Shown here one piece after another: positions 11,670 to 22,592 of a stretch of 64,000 nt of DNA. How positions within the stretch are numbered: position 1 is the stretch's first letter; each line of letters begins with the position of its first letter. Made by a program: the position numbers and the translations under genes. Under the pieces are notes generated by a model. That model saw only the letters and a list, made by a program, of their open reading frames with translations. It had not been told where the DNA came from and ran no database searches. The DNA lies in the NCBI GenBank assembly GCA_036172245.1, contig JAYWIR010000062.1, positions 124,001 to 188,000 on the forward strand. The letters run 5' to 3'. This stretch comes from Raillietiella orientalis. Taxonomy: Eukaryota.

Positions 11670-14600
11670 TTAATGAGCCAGTCCGTAGCCGAGCCCGGCG
11701 TTCGAGGACAGCTGCTGGTCGAACAGATAGATCGCCAGGTGGCGACCCTTTTCCGCCATCATCTCGTGGAGATTGATGATCATGCCAGACACCGCCCTCG
11801 CCTTCTTCTGGAACACTTCTAGCAGCTCGTCGGAAAGGAACTCGGCAAGCTGGAATGGCAGGAGATCAGCCACTCAGAAGAGAACGAATCCGGAAGCGCC
11901 CCGCCTGCCTAAGGTCCTTGGCCGGAGTTGCAGCCAGAAGAAAAAACAACAAAAAAACGTCCCTCTCGCGTTTTGCGGTTCCCAAGAGACAAAACTCCCT
12001 TCCTGTGTCTACAAAAGTTCTCGAAATCTACCTTCAGGTCGCGTAAGCGCTCGCCGGGAGCTTTTCAATCGTGTCCCTCCCCCCACTCACCTAACCCCCC
12101 ATTTTCCTTTCTTCTTCCTTTGACGTTTGGAAACGAAAAGGGAGATCCAGGAATTCTCTTTCTCTGTCCACGCGCCGGAACTCTGAAGACGCGTCCTACC
12201 CTTCCGCTATTCTGGAGGAAGGAGAAAGAGAGCCGATCCCTAGCCTTGAAGAAGCGATGCCCTTGTGAGCGGATTTCTCGATCCTCCCTCGCTCATCTCC
12301 TATCTCATTTCTTCTTCTCCTTTGTTCCCCCTTTTCTGCTACCCCAAAAACTACCACTATTTTTCTGCTACTTTCTGCTGCTACTGAGTACCGGCTAGAG
12401 TGAAAGGATCCCCTTGTGCCCTCCCCTTGCTCCGTTGCACATTCCTCGCCCCAAGTACGCCGGGAAGCGCGCCAGAGTTCGAAGGTCCGAAAATTACGTC
12501 CTTCGGTGTTTTCCTTGATTTTCCTTCGGAAGGACCCCTATCTCGCGCAAGCGTTCCTACGCTACCTCTACACCTCCTCTCTATCTGGGGAGGAGAGGCC
12601 ACTCACGTGGGCATCGTGATGACTCCCCTGCAGTGTCCTCGAGTGGAGCGCAGAGGTCTCGTCCACTTGGTCCAGAAAATGCTTCAATGCGTGAGCGAGA
12701 GACTCCAGTTCAGAGGGCTTGAAGGCGAACTCAGGATCTACCTGGAAAATAAAGGCGGATGGCTTATGACCGTCCGTTTCGAAGGAGCGTAAGAGGATGG
12801 AAGGAGAAAGAAGCGGTGTGGGGGCGTCGTGCCTCCGAAACCTGCCGTTGGACAGCCACAGGTTTCCCGCTCTTTTGAAAACCCTTTCACTTTTCTTTCG
12901 TCGAATCAAGCAGGAGAGAGGAAATACGCGCGGCAGCGACAGAATCGTGGTGTCGGCGTCCTATGAGAGAGGAACGGGAGAACCGCTACTGCCTATTCAC
13001 GTCGGCAGTTCCCGCAAGCAAGCAGCGCCTGCCTCCCTTCCAACTGACAGAGAGCAGCAGCATCTTCCACCTGCTGGCAGATGAAAGCACGAGGCATGCA
13101 CCAGACGCATCCCTCTTCCGACCGGCCGGAGGGGAGAAGCAGTCGGAGGAGTGTAGGGCAGCAGAGGACGCCTACGGGGACTCATTTCTCGGGGCGCCCT
13201 TTTCAATCTCGGGAGAAGTTCCCAAACTGGAAACATACTTTTCGCGAATCTCTTCCCCCTCCCAAGAACGGACATCTCTTTCTATTCATATATCTCCCTT
13301 GTCCTGGTTGTTACCGAAACTCTTGCGGAATCGGAGATCGTGTTATTGAGGAGAATTGCTCCCTGAATGGCAAGCCAACTTTGTTGTTTCTTAGGGATAC
13401 GCAAGGGAAGAGGAGGTAATAGCGTTTATCGTCCCTTTCTACTCATCGTGGAAGTCCGAGATTTGAGTTGATCGGCCCCTTCCGCAAGGGAACACAGTTC
13501 GCTGAAACAGAGTATTCTATCGCGGAAGCTCACTTCCTCCGTCTCATCCAGGGTGCACTCTAAGCAGTGAACGGAAGATAGGGAGGAAACAAACTCCAAA
13601 GGGAGAGCAGGCTTAGAGACTGCCGAATTCCTTTCAGCATCGTTAGAGGAGACTTGCGGACTACACAAAAGTATGGCGAATGCCAGGAAAGGAGCCAGCG
13701 ATGGCGTCTGGAGCACCCAGGAGCTTCAACCAACTTCATCCAACCAGTAGCGGTTGATCCTCCCTCACAGATCGCCAACAGCCGGAATGGCAACAATCAC
13801 TGACCATCAGCAAGCAGACATGATCTGTCATCAGTAACCGTCGGTAGTGAGTCTTACAGTCGTTAGGGCAGATTGATGTCGACCTTCGAGTGTGGGGGAG
13901 ACGCAGTGCGTGCACCCTACACAGAGGTTGATATGCTGCTGCCCTCGGCATGTTTTCGGGCACTCTGGAGGAGAAGCTGAAGGGAGGAAAGGAGTGGCAG
14001 CCTGTGATGGCCCTCACCCACTTTCCTTACTGAGGCTTCCAAGAGGTCTTCGTCCCCTCGCTAAGCTTAGCCCTGAGAATGTACTTCTGGTGGCCCTTTC
14101 TTCCGTCGCAACACGCAAGTTAGGGAAGGAACTTTCGCGGAAAGAGGGAATTGGGCTCACGGAAGGGCGCGCTAAGGGAGTGGGAATGCCTTCTTTACCT
14201 TGAAGGAGAGCGCCGACAACAAGCCTCCTCCTCTGTCGTTGATGTACTTCGCAGTCTTCAGCGCCAAGCCCCACGCCTCGCCGGATAGCTGCTTGAAGAA
14301 GGTTCCGAAACCAGTTCGTCCTTGGGTAGCTCTTGAGAAGTGAGCAGCCTGGAAGGCGCGGATGCTATCATCAGAAGTAAAAACAGTGGCTTCTCTGATC
14401 CGTCTCCGTCTGCAAGCACTTTCCGAAGATCCCCGAAAAACTCTTTCCGAGGAGGGTAGGCAGAAGTGGAGTCGTCCAGGAATCGCGAATAATCTTCGCG
14501 AGTGGTTGAAGATTTACGCGGCAACAGAGCATTGGATTTTAGATAGGGATCAATATCACGTGGCTAAGGGTCATTCATTGCAGCTGTTTCCGCATCCAGG

Positions 14601-15593
14601 GGTAAGGAGACGAACTGTTGCCATAGGGTGGCAGAGAGAGGGGGGGAGGGAGCAAAGCTCTGAAGACAGAAAGTGACACGCACGTGGCAGAGACAGTCCA
14701 AACGTCGGATGTGACATTCACAGCGTGTTTGAATGTCGGCTTTAGATCGGCACACCCGAGCAAGGCGCCTGAGAAAGCACACGTGTGCAGGCGTGATCTC
14801 GCTCGAAAACGCGGCTAACTGGAGCACGCGAAAGAGTGTCAAGTACCGCATCTTCGGATGCACGGACAAAAAGGAGGAGGAGAGAACGATGTGAAAGGTG
14901 GTCCAGAGAGAGCCTTCCCTCGCATGCATCGATGAACAAGTGCATCATTCGAGCTCAACACAAGGTGCGCTCCCCACGAACGCAGGAGCTCTTCCACCGC
15001 GCGACCGCGTTGACTCTGCAAGCCGCACCCCCCGCAGCAACTCACCAAGGACGCGCAGTAGTAGGAGTATCGGATCTGTGCCATCATGAGGTCTTCCAGC
15101 CGGTACTGGTTTTTCTCGAACCTTCTCAGCCCAGGGTGGCAGTTCTCCATCAGGTCAAATTTGATCGCCGATGCATCTGGAAGGGAAGCATCGGTTTCCT
15201 CTCTCAGAGGATTTTCTGAACGGGTCCTTCCTCCCCCGCATCATCCTCACTTTTGGTGTGTACTTTTTGGGTTTTTATTTCTTGCTTTAGAAAAACGGAG
15301 AAAGAGTCCGCGGTTTCTCTAGAACGCATGCGCACACCGCCCTCCTGATTTTCCTCTTAACTGGGACCGCGGCCCTAATCCCATCCGGAATCCACAGACT
15401 CGTTCGACTCGTGACGTCCAGAAAAAATCAACTTCCCTAGGTTCTCCCGAGAAGCGGTCGTCAAGGGGTTCCCTCTCTCACCTCTGCTCTCGGCCTGGCC
15501 GTGCATTCCACGGATCAACTTGCTGCACGAACTGTCCACCTGGACCACCAGCAGCCCCACGAGCGACAGAGCAAGCAAATCTCCAGTCGCCAT
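11670..15593 (-). CDS. Fer2LCH: Secreted ferritin light-chain homolog (Fer2LCH-like), ~235 aa
   Basis: Five GT-AG exons: 15593-15482 (signal peptide MATGDLLALSLVGLLVVQVDS-SC), 15176-15046 (ENCHPGLRRF...LMMAQIRYSYYCASL), 14348-14199 (AAHFSRATQGRTGFGTFFKQLSGEAW...KYINDRGG; absent from the ORF track), 12741-12607 (ELESLAHALKH...HSRTLQGSHHDAH), 11849-11670 (LAEFLSDELL...LAIYLFDQQL...stop). Total 708 nt with phases 1,0,0,0. Aligns by eye with insect LCH; ferroxidase residues are absent. Confidence 0.9.
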
Positions 15594-18500
15594 CTTGGGA
15601 GGCTTGGAGCCGAACTGAGAGGTGCCGAAAAGATAAGGACGGGAGATCGCTCCTGTCGGCGCTGCCCCCCGAAATGACGATGCGCTCCCTCTCTGTTCTT
15701 TTTTTTTTTTCCCCCTCGTTCTTCTTTCTTTCTTTCTTTATCGCAGTTGCATTGCTCGCGTGGACTTAGCCGAGCTAGCAGATCCAACAGCGGCGGCGGA
15801 CTCTCGACTTTCAGCTCGAGGCGGAGCCGCGTTCGAGTGGATTGCCTCTCACGAGAGGCGACCCGGTGGAGGTGTGGGCGCCTGGCAAGGCTGCGGTCCT
15901 CGGACAAGTCCGGCTCGCTGAAGGATGAGCTCCCATCAACATTGGACTCATGAGCCCGGCTGTGTCCGCGTGTGTGAGCGCGCGCACGCATGCGCCCAGA
16001 CCTTCTTTGCTTTCGTGCTCGCTCGCCCTCCCCCACGCAGGCGACTTCCTTCCGAGGAGAGTCGGCGGTAGGCACGGGACGCGAAGGGTACGGGGAAGGA
16101 CTCCGAGTGGACACAGAAGGGATAAATTCGGAAATTCAACCACGTTCTCGCTCTGTGCATCCGTGCGTCGGCGTGTGGGGGATCCGATCGAAGTCCGCTG
16201 CCACGAGGACGACATCAAAGAAATGTTCGTTCCAGAAAAGAGATGGAAAGAACGATTCCTTCGCTCGATCAGATTTTCCCTCCACTCTTCCCCGTCACAA
16301 GATCACTCCTGAGTTGAGCTCCTCATCAGCATCAGGTCGCGACTCTTTTTCCTGAGAAGCTCTTGTTTCGGAGAAATCTGCCCTTCCACATGCACAACGA
16401 AGCGAAACGACGCTGTGCAAGGAGACCGATCGTTTGCAATGCAGTTTTTTCGCTTCCCTGGAGATTGAAACCCGGATTTCAACATTTGGGAAGAACGAAC
16501 AGATAACTGGATAAAACACAATACACATCTCACCGTGCTGCACTTACCGAGAAGCGAGTAAAGAAATTCCGAGTATCGGAGCCAAGCACAACGTACAGGA
16601 GAGAACCACTAAACTGGCCATTGCTCTTGCAGGCCCTAAGTGCTTGGGACGGAAACGGATGCCCGCCAACAATGCCGGGCACACGTCACCTGAGCGAGCA
16701 GAGTAGCCATGCCAGCTCAGCGTTAGTGACAAATTCAACCACAAAGGGCACGCGGGCGCCGGAAAAGATATATCACAAATTCTCCCAAGGAGCACCGACG
16801 TATTCGTTGAACTCCGAGGGGGGGAAGAGGATGCTGCTCGGGGGACCAAGAGAGAGGACTTTCCAGAATTCGCTCCGAACCATCGATTGGAAAGGTGCTC
16901 TCACCCGAATTAACATGTCATCGCCGCCGGACGCAAGAACGCGCGGCAGCAGCTGCCGTGTTCTTCTCGTGCGCCGGCGTTTGGCGAAGAATGTCCGGTA
17001 GCTGCACAAAGGATCGCTGCCTTCTCCAAATTTCGTCGGCTTGGCAACAGAGTTCGAGGTATCCGTTGACTGCTTGCTCCCCGACTGCGTTTCCAGGGAG
17101 ATACAGCTCTATGATAGGAAGTCTCACGCACCGTTATTGGTAGTGTCGGCCTAGCAGCGGCGCTCTGCTCCGGCAGAGGTGGTGGATGGAGGCAGGAATT
17201 TCCGACTGCTCGCGTATTCAGGAAGAGGAAAAACTGCTTCCTGGAGGGAGAGAATCGCCAGGGAAGGGGAGGAGGAGGGGAATGCCTCCCCTCGCTGACT
17301 CGCTGCCACAAGGGACGCGCTTTCTCCGGCCGCGCAGGCGCGGGTCCCCTTGGCAACCGAGCCTCCAGCAGTCTCCTCCCGAAGGACCTCCCGAGGAAGC
17401 AAACGTCGTCCTCTCACCCTCTCTCTTCTTCTCCGGCATGTCGACATCTCTTCAAGATCCGCCCCCGGTCCCCGGCGTTCCCATCTGCCCTTCCGCCCCC
17501 GTCTCCTGGAAGCCGAGGCCTCAGGCAAGGTGCGCCGCAGCGAGCCCCTCCTCCCTCCGGATCTCCGGACCGACCCCAAAACGAGCGACGGCAGCGGCAG
17601 TCTGCGGGAGAGCGGCGGGAACGCGAGAGGCGCCCCCGCCCGATAAGGAGCGCGCGGCTCCCTGCGGCGGAGCCACTCGTCCCGTATCTCGAGTGGTCCG
17701 GACCGGCCGCCCGAAGCACCCCGCGGGAGGACGGGCGGCGTCTGCTGGAGGCAGTTCGCTCCCTCACGGCCCCGCAAACAGGAGAGCAGCGGGAACGCGG
17801 CGGCGCTCGGCACGGGGAACCGAAGGTAGGAGGGAGGAAGGGTGAGCAGCCTGGAGGGTTACCGACGGCGGCTCAGCAGATGAGACGGCGCAGGCTACTA
17901 GAAGGGTCCTTCCCGGGAGTTTCTTCCGTCCCACCTCGCCCCCTCTTGACGCTTATCGCAGAGCAATGGAGGGCTCGGGAGGGAGACGTCCAGAGTGCGC
18001 GCATGTACCCCAAGGGGCATTGACGGCCACCGATAGACGCAGGGAACGAACCGATCTTCCTACAGGGAGCTTCTGGACCAGGAGGATGGGACTCTTCCCC
18101 CACCCCCACCCAGAAGTCTCTGATTACCCGCGGTTTCTAACGAAAATCCGGAAGGAGTTGACTCCAGACCCCTTAGACGTGCCCCTTCTCCCGTCTTTGG
18201 GTATCCTGCAGCTCCCGGCCGTTCCTACCGGTTCCGGGAGAGTGGGGAAGAGTGCGCTCCTGATCCTGGTCGCCGACCTTCTCCTTTCTTTCCTGTTACC
18301 CATCCGAGACGGGAAGACGCCCCCGGGGGTCCTCCTCAGCCCAGAGGGAGTTATCGGGCATCAGGGAGCTCCCTCTAGGAGCCAGCGAGTCCCGAAGGTG
18401 GGTTTGCCCGCAGGAGAGGAGTGACCACCTCAGGTACCCACCACGCGGACATCTCAGCCTGGCTGCGCCCAGATGAGCTCCTAGTCTCGAGGGATCGCAG

Positions 18501-18883
18501 GGATGGACTCCAGCGCAGGAATTTGGGGTAGGGGGGTAGAGAAGAGGAAGAGGCGGCGGCAAGGAGCCAGAGAACGGGTAAGGCGCGCGGACCCGGAAGG
18601 GACGCCGGAGTGAGGAGAGGGAGGTAAAAGGGCAGGAGACCTTTTCTCTTGGAGGGTCGCAAGCGGGCTCAAGGAGGCTCCGCGACCGACCAGCAGGACC
18701 TACCGGGAGTGGGGAATCGTGGAGGGGGGAGGGAGAGCATCGCTTTGCTGGGCTGCTCCGGCCCCCAGGGGCGATCTGCAGGCGCTTCTGGGCAGGATCA
18801 GGGATCGACTCGGCCTCCGAGGGCCCTTTCTCCCCTCCTCCGCTCTCTCACCCTTCCGCGTATGTTGCAGGGTCGAAGCGAAG
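15594..18883. promoter_or_regulatory. Divergent (bidirectional) promoter / 5'UTR region shared by the two ferritin genes
   Basis: Lies between the LCH ATG (15593, -) and the HCH ATG (18884, +). Splice acceptors just upstream of both ATGs imply non-coding 5' exons here. Transcription start sites were not located. Confidence 0.6.
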
Positions 18884-20595
18884 ATGTCACCAGTCTGGGA
18901 GGAGCTGCCGCTGCCGCCGCTGCTGCTGCTACTGCTGGCGCTGTGCCTGCAGGCACCGCCGTCGGTGGCGTCCGAGAGGACGGAGGACGACCTGTGTAAG
19001 GAACGCGCATTGCCACGGCGACGGCGACCTGATCCCCACCCCTGCCACCTCAGGCGCCTTCAACTACCCCGAGTGCCACCCGAGGGATTATGACTACAGC
19101 AGGAAGTGCATCGCGCTCTTGCGAGACCACGTCGCCTCCGAGGTGCTCGCCAGCATGACCTACCTGGCCATGGTACGGCGGACCGCGCCCCTTCCCTCCC
19201 CCTTCCCGGCGCCCGTTCGCAGGACAGTGGCGCCTCCAAGGTAGCAGGAAGTCCCCTCCCTACTCTCACCAGCCAGAGAGGGGTTCTCCTGGCAAAGCGC
19301 CTGGGATGCTGTCCCCTTCCGTGGTCCCTCGTGATTCCCCGGCTTCCGGGACCCTCCGGCGCGCGCGCGCGCGCGTTCCGTCCTTTCGGATATGAGAATC
19401 CCCTAGATTGGGATGGAATGAGGTTGGAGTGGGGGATCGCCACGCCCCTCTATCCGGGAAGGATTCTTCGACCTCCTGCGGGCTATTTGCGGACGGACGG
19501 ACGGAGCAGCCCCACTCGGCCTGCGGCCTGAAGAGCTGAACGTGACCTTGAATTCGGACCTCCTGGCATCTCCGGAAGGCTGCAAAGAGCCCTCAAAACG
19601 CGCACTCGGGGTCTAGTAAGCTCTGGACCGGAAGGAGGGGGGCAGAGAGGAGAAGGAATAGGAGGGCAGGGCCAAGTTCTCCATGGACTCCGGTCAATCT
19701 CCCCCCATGTTCTCCCTACCGTCTGTTCAGCTCGCCGCCATCGACGCGCCTCTTCTCGAGATGAAGACCCGCTATGGGTCCTTGGGCGCGACACGGACGC
19801 GTGACCTCGGGGAGATTTCGGACGCCGCGTGGAACCACGGGTGAGCGCGCGAGTGCGCCCTCGACCCGTCCCCTGTCTCCTGGAGCCGCCGCGTTTCCTC
19901 TTCGTTCCAACCCTTCGATCGTACGTAAAGGACGGATTCGATGGAGGAGAATAGGGTAGGGGTCGCCCTCGGGGATAGACGCGTCACGGAGGAGGAGGAA
20001 AGCCGAGCGCGTGACGTGTCCGGAACACTTCAGGCTTCGCACTTCGGCCGCTTCCACGTCAACCGCCCGGGAGCCAGCGAGTTCTTCTACAAGTCGGCCT
20101 CCGAAGAGCGCCAACACGCCCTGAAGATGATGGACTACCTTGTGGAAAGGGGGGATGACAACGTCACCTACGTCAGCAGCATCGTGAGTCACACCCACCG
20201 CCGTCAGGTTCCATGATCCGCCGGTCCGGTCCGGTTTCCCGCAGACGGTGCAGAAGTTCTCCTGGAAGTCCGTCGAAGAGGCTCTTTCCGACGCCCTCGA
20301 CCTAGAGAAATGGGTGACACAGGCAATCCAAAACATCATCAGCGAGTGCTCTGCGATTCCAGACCACCATGTGAGTCCTTCCGTCTCCGATCACGGCCCT
20401 CACAGGGTGCATTTCATCCGAATCGACGTTCAGCTTTCAGATTACCTCATCCACGTCTTCCTAGAGGAGCAGATGAAGAGCGTGAACTTACTGTCGCTGA
20501 TGGTAAACAAGCTGCATCTGATGAGCGTCAGGGAGAATCAGCTGGCGGAGTTTCTCTTCGATCAAGAACTCATGTCTTTTTCTTCGACGATCTAG
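18884..20595 (+). CDS. Fer1HCH: Secreted ferritin heavy-chain homolog (Fer1HCH-like), ~222 aa
   Basis: Five GT-AG exons: 18884-18995 (Leu-rich signal peptide), 19054-19172 (CAFNYPEC...KCIALLRDHVASEVLASMTYLAM), 20034-20183 (ASHFGRFHVNRPG...SEERQHALKMMDYLVERG), 20245-20370 (ALSDALDLEKWVT...ISEC...DHH), 20434-20595 (LSDYLIHVFLEEQ...LAEFLFDQEL). All ferroxidase-centre equivalents (human H-chain E27, Y34, E61, E62, H65, E107, Q141) are present. Confidence 0.96.
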
Positions 20596-22592
20596 CGACG
20601 GTACTTTGCCAAACGCTTTGCCCTCGTGGATGCTGCTCGCTCTGCAGCCGACAGTGTACCATCGAGACGGGAGCGGCACTCTTGGAGAAGACAAAAAAAA
20701 AATCCCATCCTGGGAAAAGCGACAGTCTGTAGATTAAACGTAACTTGATTTGAAGGAAAAAGTTTTCGGTTCTTGCAGAAACATCGAAAAGATGTCCGTC
20801 CGACCACTCCGATTTTCAAGTCATCCCCAAAGCAGATAACATTTTCTCTCTCTCTCTCTCACTCCTTCCTTTTACATCAAAAGAAATGGCAATCGAACCT
20901 TTAATAAACCGTCCATTTCCTACCCGTTCGATGAATCGAATTTAAAGAGCGGAAAAAAGAAATTCTTCTCAGTTACCATTGCAGCTTCAAGCAATTGATA
21001 GATTTTTATCTGTGCTTCGCTTTCAGTAATCCGAGAAAACATCCATTTTCGCCGATTATTTCTTTCGACCTTCTATTAGAGGCTTTTATCGATATTTTCA
21101 GCATTTTCGCGAAGAGATACCACGAATAATTTTGTGATGACACTCCTTCAGTGAAGAACATTTATGATGCACATCTTTTATAGTACCCTGCCTACCATCA
21201 TCCTATTAAGAATTTCGGATATCTCGACATTCATCTTCTTCCGTCCTAGGCATGTGCTGTAAGCGATTCATAAAATGCACTTTAATTACAACATGCTGGA
21301 GGAAAACACTGATCTCGGGTCAGCTGAACTGAACCTAGTTCAGTTGATTCTGGAATAATTCTGAATTCTGAAATCATCATTCTGGATCAAAAGGATATGA
21401 CTGTAAGATCTTTAGGGTATAGTGAACCAAAATGCTATTGTGAGCCACCTGACATGTGAGGTCCTCCTACTCCTGTAATGGTCATTATGAAACTTAGAAA
21501 AGTATATGTGGATACCTTGCAGCATCTTTATTGTAATGTGAAATTTTTGTGTTAGAGTTGTCAAGATAGTCTGTCGTGTTGTGCTTACCGCTCAGACTCG
21601 ATATTTTTTTCTTAATCTCATCTATTTCTTAGACGTTGATGCATTTTATTACTACAGTTATCTTTTTTTATAAAATCAGTTTCTCTCAGGAATAATCTTT
21701 ATTCCTGTTTGTAGAAAAACCGTGGCCTTAATATCAGCATGTTTTCGACATTACAATGTTTCTTTTATTCCTACCCTTTAAAGCTCATCTTTGGGGACTA
21801 GTTTATTATTCATTCTCCGATTCCAGTGCTTGTCTTCATTTGGTCATGTAGCCCTTCGATTGCTTCACACTTCGATAAAATGTGTAACAAGACGGTAAAA
21901 ATTGTAGCTTCGAAAGTGTTCTTCTATTACATGACCACTGTTGTTCACATTATGAAATGATTTTGGATGCACAATAAACACAGAAAAAAGAGACAGACGA
22001 GAAATCAAGCCATTTAAATTCGACCGTGAACTGATTCTCAACAAAATTTAAAAATCAAAACTGAGATTAAAGAACAAGCCTACAAGTATCTAAACTCAGA
22101 ATCCAAAAATGAAAATGAACTGTGTTCATATGAAAACTGGATATTAAAAGTGTTAATTGTGCGTGTTCCACAAGGTTGCATAATTGCATAGTTTTGCATG
22201 GTTTTGTTGAAAGACTGTAGGAACTGTAGGAAATGAATATTCGGAGTTTTTATAAGTTTCAGAAATTAGAAACACATGGCTTTTGGAATTCCTCATGATT
22301 GCAGTTGCCATACATTTCCATTATTGTATTCATAAATATTACTATTCGAAAACTTGTTGGTTACTGTACGGAATTTTGTGTAATTCGATCAGAATGAAAA
22401 AGTTAAAATTCATGGGAGCCCATCAGAAAGTTGTGTGGTAACGTTGTTAAAACACATCGGTAGGTTTTGCTCAGCGGGTGCGTTGCAAGTGCACTTAATG
22501 AATATTATGCTAAACAGTCTGATTGCGTAAATTGTGTACATTGTGGTTAGGAATAACCGTTTTCCCTCCACGATTTCTCGTGGATTCAGATC

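Noticed and set aside
13426..13716. Signal-peptide-like 96-aa ORF inside LCH intron 3
   Set aside because: Starts at GTG rather than ATG, with no splice support and no recognisable domain.
20650..20670. CAGTGT in the HCH 3'UTR (and CAGTGG in the LCH 3'UTR, ~11650) as IREs
   Set aside because: No 5-bp upper stem or bulged C around the loops.
21133..21200. Box C/D snoRNA candidate (TGTGATGA...)
   Set aside because: No box D CTGA at a suitable distance and no terminal stem.
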